Shown piece after piece: positions 1-9,693 of a DNA stretch of 64,000 bases. The position numbers and the translations under genes are program-made. The stretch is from Okamejei kenojei. Its lineage: Eukaryota. The DNA lies in NCBI GenBank assembly GCA_035221665.1, contig CM069154.1, positions 5,766,001-5,830,000 of the forward strand, in the 5' to 3' direction. Numbering within the stretch: position 1 is the first letter of the stretch; every line of letters begins with the position of its first letter. A model generated the notes under the pieces. It had not been told where the DNA came from and searched no databases. It saw nothing but the letters and a program-made list of their open reading frames with translations.

Positions 1-206
1 AGAAACAGTGGAGGCAGATGGAATGAAAGTGTTCGAAGGGGAACCAGGTAGATAGTTTAACATGAAAAGTGGAGAGTAAAGGACAGTGAGACCAACTGGG
101 AATAATCCAACATCGAGCTAGTAGAGATTAGATGGATTGAACAGTCTTTTCCTATGATGTAACAATCCTGCAATTCTGTACATCAAATTGCTAGTAGTTT
201 AGGTTA

Positions 207-445
207 CACAAAAATGCTGGAGAAACTCAGTGGGTGAGGCAACATCTATGGAGCAAAGGAAATAGGCGACGTTTCGGGTCGAGATGTCTATTTCCTTAGT
301 CTGAAGAAGGGTCTCGACCCGAAACGTCGCCTATTTCCTTCGCTCCATAGATGCTGCCTCACCCACTGAGTTTCTCCAGCATTTTTGTCTACCTTCGATT
401 TTCCAGTTTTGTCTACCTTCGATCTGCAGTTCCATCTTAAACGTT
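207..445. repeat. Penelope-like-element-derived inverted repeat (hairpin) with a hammerhead-like motif at 301-328
   Basis: 207-283 is the reverse complement of ~313-388. Contains CTGAAGAAGGGTCTCGACCCGAAACGTC. The same repeat family is physically linked to a GIY-YIG C-terminus at 42669-42749. Confidence 0.7.
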
Positions 446-454
446 AGTTTAGAT

Positions 455-785
455 TAGTTCTGTTTGGAGATAAAGTGTGTGGAAACAGGCTACCGAGTTG
501 GCCCACCGAGTCCGTGCCAACCAGCCATCATCCGTTCGCACCAGTTCTATGTTATCCCACTTTCTCATCAACACTCTACACACTAGCGACAATTTACAGA
601 AGTCAATTAACCTAAAAAACCTGGACGTCTTAGGGATGTGGGAGGAAGCCGGATCACGCAGAGAAAACTAAAGGGGTCACAGGGAGAATGTACAAACTCC
701 ATAGAGACAGCACCCGTAGTCAGGATCGAACCTGGGTCCCTGACGCTGTGAGGCAGAAACACTACCGCTGCGCCACCGTACCGCC
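455..785 (-). mobile_element. tRNA-derived V-SINE (HE1-like)
   Basis: On the minus strand: A/B-box-like head (GGTGGCGCAGCGGTAG...GGTTCGATCC), V-domain-like core and a TAAAC-type tail; matches many other copies in the window. Confidence 0.8.
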
Positions 786-953
786 ACTGTTTGTGGGAAT
801 TAGATCTGGAGATGCTTGGTGCTTTCATCAATGCAGTAACTGCAACAGCTGCACAATCCGAATCATTCCAGAGTTTGGATGCATGTTTAAGCTTCTACTT
901 TCTCCACTCCTTCATCAACAGACTCATCTGGGCATTGATATTGAGCGGGTTAC

Positions 954-1037
954 CTGGTTGTGGTTGAAATGTGGCTCGTAAAATGGAATTTGCTTAGTGA
1001 TGAGCGTTCTGGGCCCATTTGTTTCGACGAAGATCCA
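954..1037 (-). CDS. Gene B (CD300/pIgR-like) putative second stalk exon, (S)GSSSKQMGPERSSLSKFHFTSHISTTT
   Basis: ttttag acceptor and gtaacc donor; 84 nt, phase 2-2; open in the frame delivered by the 3639-3702 exon; S/T-rich; non-repetitive sequence. The polypyrimidine tract is weak. Confidence 0.5.
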
Positions 1038-1323
1038 CTAAAAGCGTTCTCATTCCATTCTCTTATTAGTACTCGTGCGATGGCAAATGTGTCTTATATT
1101 TTGCACACATTTTTCAACACTTGGTCAACACAGTTAATATAACTGAAGTACTCAAAGTTTACTAAAGGTCAAATCAGCGGAAAAATGGCTCAGTTTTGTT
1201 GATTACGTGACATAGATTTGTCACGGAAGTGGTTGAGAAAGTGGGATAACGTCGGAGCTAGTCTGAAAGGGTGATCAATGGTCAGGATGGACTTGGTGGG
1301 TTGGAGGGCCGGTTTCTATGCTA

Positions 1324-2925
1324 CAGTGGCTTGCAAAGGTTTTCATTCCCCTTGAACTTTTCCACATTTTGTCACGTTACAACCACAAACGTAAATGTAT
1401 TTTATTGGGATTTTATGTGATAGACCAACACAAATTGGCGCATAATTGTGATGTGGAAGGAAAACGATACATGGTTTTCAAATTTTTTTACAAATAAAAA
1501 ACTGAAAAGTGTGGCATGCAAAAGTATTCAACCCCCCTGAGTCAATACTTTGTAGAACCACCTTTCGCTGCAATTACAGCTGCAAGTCTTTTGGGGTATG
1601 TCTCTACCAGCATTGCACATCTAGAGACTGAGATTTTTGCCCATTCTTCTTTGAAAAATAGCTCAAGCTCAGTCAGATTGGATGGAGAGCGTCTGTGAAC
1701 AGCAATTTTCAAGTCTTGCCAGAGATTCTCAATTGGATTTAGGTCTGGACTTTGACTGGGCCATTCTAACACATGAATATGCTTTGATCTAAACAATTCC
1801 ATTGTAGCTCTGGCTGTATGTTTAGGGTCATTGTCCTGCTGGAAGGTGAACCTCCGCCCCAGTCTCAAGTCTTTTGCAGACTCTAACAGGTTTTCTTCCA
1901 AGATTGCCCTGTATTTGGCTCCATCCATATTCCCATCAACTCTGACCAGCTTCCCTAGCCCTGCTGAAGAAAAGCATCCCCACAGCATGATGCTGCCAAC
2001 ACCATGTTTCACAGTGGGGATAGTGTGTTCAGGGTGATATGCAGTGTTAGTTTTCCGCCACACATAGCGTTTTGCATTTAGGCCAAAAACTTCAATTTTG
2101 GTCTCATCAGACCAGAGCACCTTCCTCCACATGTTTGCTGTGTTCCCCACATGGCTTGTGGCAAACTGGAAACGTGACTTCTTATGGCTTTGTTTCAACA
2201 ATGGCTTTCTTCTTGCCATTCTTCCATAAAGGCCCGATTTGTGGAGTGCACGACTAATAGTTGTCCTGTGGACAGATTCTCCCACCTGAGCTGTGGATCT
2301 CTGCAGCTCCTCCAGAGTTACCATGGGCCTCTTGGCTGCTTCTCTGATCAATGCTCTCCTTGCCCGGCCTGTCAGTTTAGGTGGACGGCCATGTCTTGGT
2401 AGGTTTGCAGTTGTGCCATACTCTTTCCATTTTCAGATGATGGATTGAACAGTGCTCCGTGAGATGTTCAAATCTTGAGATATTTTTTTATAACCTAACC
2501 CTGCTTTAAACTTCTCCGCAACGTTATCCCTGATCTGGGCTTCATGATGCTGTTTGTTCACTAATTTTCTCTAACAAACCTCTGAGGCCTTCACAGAACA
2601 GCTGTATTTATACTGAGATTAGATTACACACAAGTGGACTCTATTTACTAATTAGGTGACTTCTGAAGGCAATTGGTTGTACTTAATTTTATTTAGGTGT
2701 ATCAGAGTAAAGGGGGCTGAAAACTTTTGCACACCACACTTTTCAGTTTTTTATTTGTAAAATATTATTTGTTTATTTGTATCATTTTCCTTCCACTTCA
2801 CAATTATGCGCCACTTTGTGTTGGTCTATCACATAAAATCCCAATAAAATACATTTACGTTTGTGGTTGTAACGTGACAAAATGTGGAAAAGTTCAAGGA
2901 GTATGAAAACTTTTGGAAGCCACTG
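1324..2925 (-). mobile_element. Tc1/mariner DNA transposon, IR/DR type, full length but defective
   Basis: ~210-bp terminal inverted repeats starting CAGTGG / ending CCACTG, TA duplication at 1322-1323 and 2926-2927, inner direct repeat near 1511-1535; inserted into a SINE tail. Confidence 0.95.
1542..2545 (-). pseudogene. Tc1 DD34E transposase with disrupted N-terminus
   Basis: WSDETK, FQQDNDPKH and SPDLNPIENLW motifs in ORF 1542-2351. The upstream DNA-binding region (GYKKISQ...GRPPKL) has a TGA at 2433-2435 and a frameshifting deletion just after the ATG at 2545. Confidence 0.92.
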
Positions 2926-3164
2926 TATATCTCTAAACTAAACCTTCACGGCTTTTTGGGATAAGAAGTAAACTGATATCAACAGTAATCATGCCAGAGG
3001 AAGTTGAATTGAATACTTTATTGTCACATATAACAAGTCACAGTGAAATTCTTTGCTTGCATACCCATGGTAGCTATTAGTCGCCAGGTAAAGGGCACTG
3101 ACAAAGCTAGAAAGTTGTTGAGGTAGGTACTACAACAACCTTTAAAAGACATTTGGACAGGTAT

Positions 3165-3462
3165 GTCACGGTGGCGCAGCGGTAGAGTTGCTGCCTTAGA
3201 GCGTTTTCAGCGCCAGAGACCCAGGTTCACGGGTGCTGTCTGCACGGAGTTTGTAAGTTCTCCCCGTGACCTGCGTGGGCTTTCTCCGCGATCTTTGGTT
3301 TCCTCCCACAAGCCAAACATCTACAGGTTTGCAGGTAAATTGGCTTTCTAAAAAATGTAAAAAATTGTCTCTAGTGTGTGTAGGATAGTATTAATATGTG
3401 GGGATCACTGGTCGACGGTGGGCCGAAGGGCCGGTTTCCGCGCTGTATCTCTAAACTAAACT
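3165..3462 (+). mobile_element. HE1-like V-SINE
   Basis: tRNA-like head, conserved core and CTGTATCTCTAAACTAAAC tail. Confidence 0.8.
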
Positions 3463-3638
3463 GCGGTACATGGATAGGGAAGATTTAGAAGGATGTGGGC
3501 TAAAAGTGGGAAAATGGGACCAGAGTAGATGGGGCATTTGGATTGGCATGAACAAATTGGACCAAAGGGCTGTTTATCAGGCTGTATGAGTGTGACACTA
3601 TGTCAACAATGCTGTTTATTTATCTATTGCACTATTAC

Positions 3639-3702
3639 CTTTGATTTCCCTGATGAATTGTTTCCTGAAGTTCAGGAGGTATCGTAGGTGGTTGTGTTGG
3701 AT
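3639..3702 (-). CDS. Gene B stalk exon, (D)PTQPPTIPPELQETIHQGNQ
   Basis: tttttcag acceptor and gtaata donor; 64 nt, phase 1-2 (same phases as the stalk exon of gene A); P/T-rich; in frame after the IgV exon. Confidence 0.65.
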
Positions 3703-4457
3703 CTGAAAAACAATCGCACATTTACACTTTACAGTTTGTATACGTTTATATCCAACACACTGTTTATATAGAATTAACATTTTGTCTTTGTCCTTTGGAA
3801 AAGTTGATCCAACATTCTGTGAAGGAACCTGCACAGAGTTTATTGTGGCATGGTCTGGTTTAGTTTAGTTTAGACATACAGCATGGAAACACCATGGCCT
3901 CACTGAGTCCACGCCGACCATTTGTGACGTTTGTGACCAACAGTTTCTGATGACTCTAAGAGAATCTATGATTTGACCATAGATTCAAAAATTGTAGTAA
4001 AACATCTGAGTATTTCTTATTTACAAGCATTATATCAGTCCTTTCTAATAAGGAAAGAAACAAAATGCTGGAGTTCTCAGTGGATTAGGCAACATCTCTG
4101 GATGGTTGGCAACGTTATGAGATGGGACCATTCTTCAGCCTGAAAGCACGTTTAGAGATACATTGTGGAAACAGGCCCTTCGGCCCACCGAGTCCTTGCT
4201 GACCAGCAATCACCCCATACACTAGTTCGATCCTACACACTGGGGACATTAATTACAAAAACTGAATCCAGTTTTATTTCTCAACATTAAGTCCATAATT
4301 CCTCCCTCCATCGTTAACATGCTAGCTAAAGGAAATCGGATTTCTTCCCGACCCGAAACATCACCGCTTCACGTTCTCCACCAATGGACACAAACAGCTG
4401 GAGTAACTCAGCAGCATCTCTGGAGAAAAGGAATAGGTGAAGTTTCGGATCGAGACC

Positions 4458-4673
4458 TGTGGTGTATATTATATAAATGGTGTTACCTGCCTCCAAGTTA
4501 AAGGGGGAGCAGTGTGATGTATGTGATATAATTAGCAAATGTTATGTCTTGTGCGAGGGGACGCATGCGCTGGGGGAGACTCAAGGTGGTGTCCTAGAAT
4601 AAAGAAGCTTGTTAATTTACTCCTGTATCTGAGTGTTCTTTTAAGTCAGTTCCAAGCACCCAAATACACTACA
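4458..4673 (+). repeat. 5' LTR
   Basis: Direct repeat of 7442-7657 (10 mismatches in 216 bp by hand count); TG...CA ends; internal AATAAA. Confidence 0.95.
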
Positions 4674-4675
4674 AT

Positions 4676-4693
4676 TGGCGATGAGGATGGGAT
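4676..4693 (+). promoter_or_regulatory. Primer-binding site complementary to the tRNA-Ser(GCU) 3' end
   Basis: TGGCGATGAGGATGGGAT, 2 nt after the 5' LTR; 17/18 match to the reverse complement of the vertebrate tRNA-Ser(GCU) 3' end plus CCA (recalled sequence). Confidence 0.85.
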
Positions 4694-5287
4694 GGAGTTT
4701 GTGAACTCACCCACAGGACTGTTTTGTAATACGCAGATTGTTTAACAGTTTAAACTGTAGATATGGAGTTGTGTCGCAGTTGCTTGCGAGCTGGACATGA
4801 GAGGCCTGCAGATCCCTCTAAGCATGGGACTGTAGTTTAAAACATCAGCCGTACAAGTCGGCGAGTTTGTCAGGCTATCTCTATGTTGTGTCTATGTGGC
4901 AAGATGTCGTCCTTCGGATTGTGACACATTTTAGACTGAGTTTTTTTTTTGTCGAATTCCTCAAGCTGAATAATCTTTGTACAGCTAAGTTTTAGGTGAA
5001 TTGTTACACCAAAACACACAGCAAGGATAACGAGGCAACGAGGATAAAAGAACAGAAAAGAACAAAGAAGAAGGGCTGTCAAGAAAAAAAAAAGTTAAAA
5101 AGAAGAGGTTGGGTTTGCAAACAAAGTGGAACGGCACTAAGCAAAAAGATTTGGCGCCAAATGGTTTTGAATTGGTGCCAAAGAAAAGAAAGGTCGGAAC
5201 AGGAAGCAAGGAAAACAAGTGGGGCAGTAAGTGTCACCGAAGAACGCAGCCGAAAGCTGGAAGCCTAACCAGCAGGACAGCAACGGT

Positions 5288-5420
5288 GTCAACTTACCTG
5301 GAACGCTTTCCAGGGCCGTTTAGCCTTACGTAAGTTACTGCTGCCAGCAAAGCTCACAGACAAAATGTACGAGGAGTGTAAGGAGGCATTAATGGCTCAT
5401 TTCTCGCCAAAACCTCCAAG
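5288..5420 (+). pseudogene. Gypsy gag N-terminal remnant
   Basis: STYLERF...FSL/LRKLLLPAKLTDKMYEECKEALMAHFSPKP resembles Mag-type Gag (YxER...LLxxLxxPxKPxxKxYxE...LxxHFxPKP), with an internal deletion and a frameshift near 5325. Confidence 0.65.
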
Positions 5421-5467
5421 GGCATCCAGAGGGGAGGAGCCTGAACTAAAGAGGGCAGGGAGTCCCT

Positions 5468-5662
5468 CAAAGGGCAAAAGTCAAAGGCAAAGTAACAAAA
5501 GTCAAGTGCCAAATGATGAAGGTCAAGTGAAAAAGGCCAAAGGTAAAAGGCAAAGTGACAAAAGTCAAGGGCAAAGTGACAAAAATCAAGTGCCAAGTGA
5601 CAAAGGTCAAGTGGAAAAGGCCAAAGGTCAAAGGCAAAGGGACAAAAGTCAACTGCAAAGGG
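5468..5662 (+). repeat. Degenerate 21-bp coding minisatellite (~9 units, GQSDKSQ-like)
   Basis: Repeated GGCAAAGTGACAAAAGTCAAG-like units, in frame between the gag remnant and the IQ repeats. Confidence 0.8.
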
Positions 5663-5664
5663 AT

Positions 5665-6715
5665 ATTGCCGTCCAGAGGGCAACCCTAACTATTCAAGCT
5701 GCATTCAGGGGTATGAAGGTACGGAGACAGATCCGGAACAAACAGAAGGCAGCAACGGTAATACAAACAGCATTTAGAATGCACAGAGTATACTGTCCAT
5801 ACAGGGCAATGAAAATTGCAGCCATAATAGTACAAACCCATTATAGGGCACATCTTCAAATGGAAAGTGATTGCAAAACTGATATGATGGTACGCAGAAG
5901 GGTTGTACGGCTTCAGGCTGCCTACCGAGGAATGCTAGTTCGAAAGCAATTACAGGGCATGCACAAATCTGCCAAGGTCATACAGACTTATTATCAGATC
6001 AGAAACAGCGTCAGTATTTCAAGAAACTACACTGGTCTGCCATTGCAGTACAGCAACGATACAGAGCTTGCCAGATAGGAGACATTATAATAGTTTGAGA
6101 AAAGCAGTGGTTTGTATTCAGGCCTTCTACCTTCTGGGATTAAAGCCAGAGGATTGGTTGAGAAAATCAAGGCAGCACACCATATTAAGGTCAGTCTTAA
6201 TGATGTGCATTACAAGAAAAAATTTCTTGATGCAAACGGCAGCTGTAGTCACTCTGCAAGCTGCATACCGTGGTTACCGATCAAGGGTATGCTACCTGGC
6301 TATGCGACAAACATTCATTTCGATCCAGAGAAGGTACAAAGAATGCAAAATAGGGCATTCCCAGTTTGTGCAATATCAGTCAATGAGGTATGCACCCGTT
6401 ACCATTCAGGCTGCCTACAAGGATATGGTGGTTAGGCAGTGGATTAAGCAAAAGAGGGCTACTGTAAAAGTTCAGTCAGTACTTCGTATGAGTTGTTATA
6501 GGAAAGATCTCAGAAGACAAATAGATGCACAACAGAAAAGGCTGAAACGATACAAAAGGCTTAAACGATATAGGAAAGACTTCCTCAAACTGAAATATAC
6601 CACAGTTGTAGTGCAGTCTCACTACCGTGCTTATGCAGTAAGAAAACTATACAGAGCACAAATCAAAGCCACAGTTGTATTGCAAAGACAACACATATCC
6701 TATTTCTTGATGAAT
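5665..6715 (+). pseudogene. ASPM: Captured ASPM IQ-repeat fragment (frameshifted)
   Basis: Tandem IQ motifs with ASPM-like spacing and composition ([71 protein letters not shown]); several frameshifts between ~5995 and ~6180. Confidence 0.82.
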
Positions 6716-6724
6716 AACCAGAAA

Positions 6725-7237
6725 GGTGATTTAAGAAGACAAATAGATGAACAACAGAAAAGGCTTAAACGATACAAAGAACAGTTAAATAAATGTGTGA
6801 CGATGAGCAAAAAGTTGTTAATAGAAAAGTCTAAAGAAGAGAGGCTTGTCGGTCGAGACAAAGGTATGCAGGACCGATTGCGATTAGGACACTTCACTAT
6901 AGTCCAGCATGGAGCCTCCTTCACTGAGCAATGGACAAATGGTTATGCATTGCAGAATGTTATTGTACAACAAGATCAGATAAACATACAGCGCCAGGAA
7001 ATTGAGCGACAGAGGAAGCTGCTAGAAAACGAAAACCTGCAGTCATGTGTCAGATCCCACCTACAAATAAGGAACAGAAACAAAGGAGATGTTAACTTTA
7101 GCAGAATATCAGGAACAGGAAGAAATCTGCAAATTAGATTAGGATATTTAAAAAGGGAAGAGGCAGAGATCCAGGTAGAACTAGAGTGATTAGAAAGAGT
7201 GCGCAATTTACACAGAAGGGAACGGAAAAGGATAACA
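6725..7237 (+). pseudogene. TLK2: Captured, intronless Tousled-like kinase 2 coiled-coil fragment (no kinase domain)
   Basis: [11 protein letters not shown]...[17 protein letters not shown]...[15 protein letters not shown]...[14 protein letters not shown]...EIERQRK, then in shifted frames [29 protein letters not shown] and [30 protein letters not shown] and RDK favour TLK2 over TLK1. Confidence 0.9.
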
Positions 7238-7428
7238 CATAAAGCAAAGGGTAATGCATGTGATTTAAGGAAGATGAGTGTAATGAAAAATTATAAGTAC
7301 TAAGTTTAGATACGATTATTACAGTTATGTGGATGTAATGTAATTGTAATGTGATTGTAATAACATAAGTTTGCAAGTTAATCAATTATATTTAATGTAA
7401 ACGAAATGGTGTCACCCACTTCCAAGTT

Positions 7429-7440
7429 AAAGGGGGAGCA
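7429..7440 (+). promoter_or_regulatory. Polypurine tract
   Basis: AAAGGGGGAG-type purine run immediately before the 3' LTR. Confidence 0.8.
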
Positions 7441-7441
7441 T

Positions 7442-7657
7442 TGTGGTGTATATTGTATAAATGGTGTTACCTGCCTCCAAGTTAAAGGGGGAGCAGTGTG
7501 ATGTATGTGATATAATTAGCATATGTTATGTCTTGTGCGAGGGGATGCATGCGCTGGGGGAGACTCAAGGTGGCGTCCTAGAATAAAGAAGCTTGTTAGT
7601 TTACTCTTGTATCTGAATATTCTTTTAAGTTAGTTCTAAGCACCCAAATACACTACA
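7442..7657 (+). repeat. 3' LTR
   Basis: Direct repeat of 4458-4673, followed by the AGACC TSD. Confidence 0.95.
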
Positions 7658-7815
7658 AGACCCTTCTCCAGAGATGCTGCCTGGCCTGCTGAGCTACTTC
7701 AGCATTTTGCGTCTTTCCTTGGTAAACCAACATCTGCAGTTCCTTGTTTCTACACCCCTTTTGGTCTTGAGTAGATGGGAGCATCTCATCAGGAAGAAAT
7801 TAAGATTGATCTTAC

Positions 7816-8136
7816 CTTCTGTAACGTTCAGTTGTACTGGAACCATTTTGTCGTAGCCGAATTGCACAATGCCGCACCAGTAAAGCCCTGCATCATTGGC
7901 AGAGAGTTGGGTCACTTTAGTGATAAATTCTCCAGCAGTTTGGTTGTCCACCATTATTATTCTATCGTCAATGTTTTTATGTTGGCTTGCAGAATTGACC
8001 AGAACACTGCAGGATTTCCAATCAGAACCCTTGCACAAGTACTTTTCATGATTCTTGTAATATGCATGATACTGGCACCTTATGGTAACGGCTCCTCCCA
8101 GGGTCCCCGACACTAGCTTCGGCCCAGTTAATGCAG
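7816..8136 (-). CDS. Gene B IgV exon, copy 2 in transcript order (CD300/pIgR-like V domain)
   Basis: 321 nt, phase 1-1, ttgcag acceptor and gtaag donor; GTLGGAVTIRC...KYLCKG..WKSC...DAGLYWCG...VQLNVTE with the extra Cys pair typical of CD300/pIgR/TREM V domains. Confidence 0.88.
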
Positions 8137-9693
8137 CTGCAAGTACAAAGCACAGTTGGCAATTACTCAGAGTCCAGCAAAATGCTTGGAGGTCATCAGA
8201 GAACGAGCATTAATGGCTTATTTTGTTGTCTTGGTTTTTTCTTTGCACTGTCTTCCTTCGTTTTACGGTCTTGGAGTCTCTCTCTCTCCCTCTCCCCCCG
8301 CACCCCCCACATACACTCAGACTCACATTCACGCTCATCCAGTTCCTTTCTTCATAATGTAATTGGTTTAATTACAAGAAGAAAGAGTTCATACTAATTG
8401 GCTAAATTACTATTTGAAAGAGTTAGCACAGACTTAAATAGAAACATAGAAAATAGGTGGAGGAGTAGGCCATTTGGCCCTTTGAGCCAGCACCGCCATT
8501 CAATATGATCACGGCTGATCATCCAGAATCAGTACCCTGTTCCTGCTTTTTCCCCATATCCCTTGATTGTGTTAGCCCCAAGAACACCCGGAGGAAACCC
8601 ATGAGGTCACAGGGAGAACTTACAAACTCTGCATTGACTGCATCTGAGGTCAGGATCGAACCTGGGTGTCTGGTGCTGTGAGGCAGCATCACTACCGCTG
8701 CGCCACTGTGCTGCCCCTTACCTATTGGATGTATATCCTTTCTTAAGCAAAGTGAGACCTAAAATGAGGTCACACGTCAGGTTCATAAAATTGGGCTTGT
8801 GCAACTGAGAACAATTGTTACTAGACTACCTTTTCCCTTTACCATAACCATAGCAGATGTAAATAAATTATGATTTGCTATTAAAATGCTTCTGTACTGA
8901 AAGCATAAATCCAGCTCTTTTCCTCAACATTAAGCCCAGAGGTTTTCCCATCTTTGGTTTCATGCTTGCAAAAGAAAATCCTAGGGATTTCTTCCAAAGT
9001 TTCTGACAGCTGTAAGTGAATCAGATATGGGGCTTTATATGTGTGCCCGATATATTGTCAGTGCAAAGGGGCTAGGAGCAAGGCCAAGTGTGCATCCAGA
9101 GTCAAGGTCTTGAATAGTACTAGGTGTGCAGTCAAAGCTGGGACCAGGGGTGTGTTCAGCACTGGGAACCTAAGCAGGTAAGCAGCTATGATCAGGGTAG
9201 AATAGGGGGCCAGGTGTAAGACTGGACTCAGGGACAGGAATGAGAGAAGGCATGCAACTGGAGTCAGGGCCAGGAGTAGTACCAGGTGTGTAGTGAGACC
9301 CAGGTTGGCCAACATGGGCCAAGTGTTTGATTATAATCTGATTTCCATACATGAATACACTAAGATCATTCATGTGCTGCACGTATGGATCAGAGCCTGG
9401 GCTCTTCTGTGGAATGTAACTAGGAATGTAATTTACTCTAACCTTATTCATAGCTAATCCAATTTAAAGCATATATATTGCGTTCAAGTGTAAGTTAAAA
9501 GACTCGCTACAGTATGCACCATATTACACAATTTCAAGCTGAAAAATGCAAAGGTTCCGTACCAATGGGAGGGGGGACACCCTCCTCCAACACCCCCCCC
9601 CCCCCCCCCCCCAGTCTCTACGCTCCCTCGGGCTTGGTCTCACAATTTCTCACTCCCAACTCTCACCCAATGTTGGCAGCCCTGAAACTGGCT

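Larger units (their letters stand above)
4458..7657 (+). mobile_element. Non-autonomous Gypsy (Mag-clade-like) LTR retrotransposon carrying captured ASPM and TLK2 fragments
   Basis: Two 216-bp TGT...ACA LTRs, AGACC target duplication (4453-4457, 7658-7662), PBS, PPT and a gag remnant; no protease, RT or integrase motifs seen. Confidence 0.93.

Noticed and set aside
3778-3830. Possible extra exon upstream of the gene B stalk exon
   Set aside because: An acceptor-like tgcag is present, but there is no convincing donor or stalk-like translation in the required phase.
5468-5662. Short repeat arrays as CRISPR-like
   Set aside because: Vertebrate context, and the units are contiguous without unique spacers.
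5365-7189. ORFs 5365-6078 and 6068-7189 as the genuine ASPM or TLK2 genes
   Set aside because: They are partial, frameshifted, fused and enclosed by LTRs; no CH domains or kinase domain are present.
8020-8050. KYLC instead of KYWC in the gene B V domains as a sign of pseudogenisation
   Set aside because: Substitution of this Trp is common in fish CD300/pIgR-like domains; all four Cys and the splice sites are intact in both copies.
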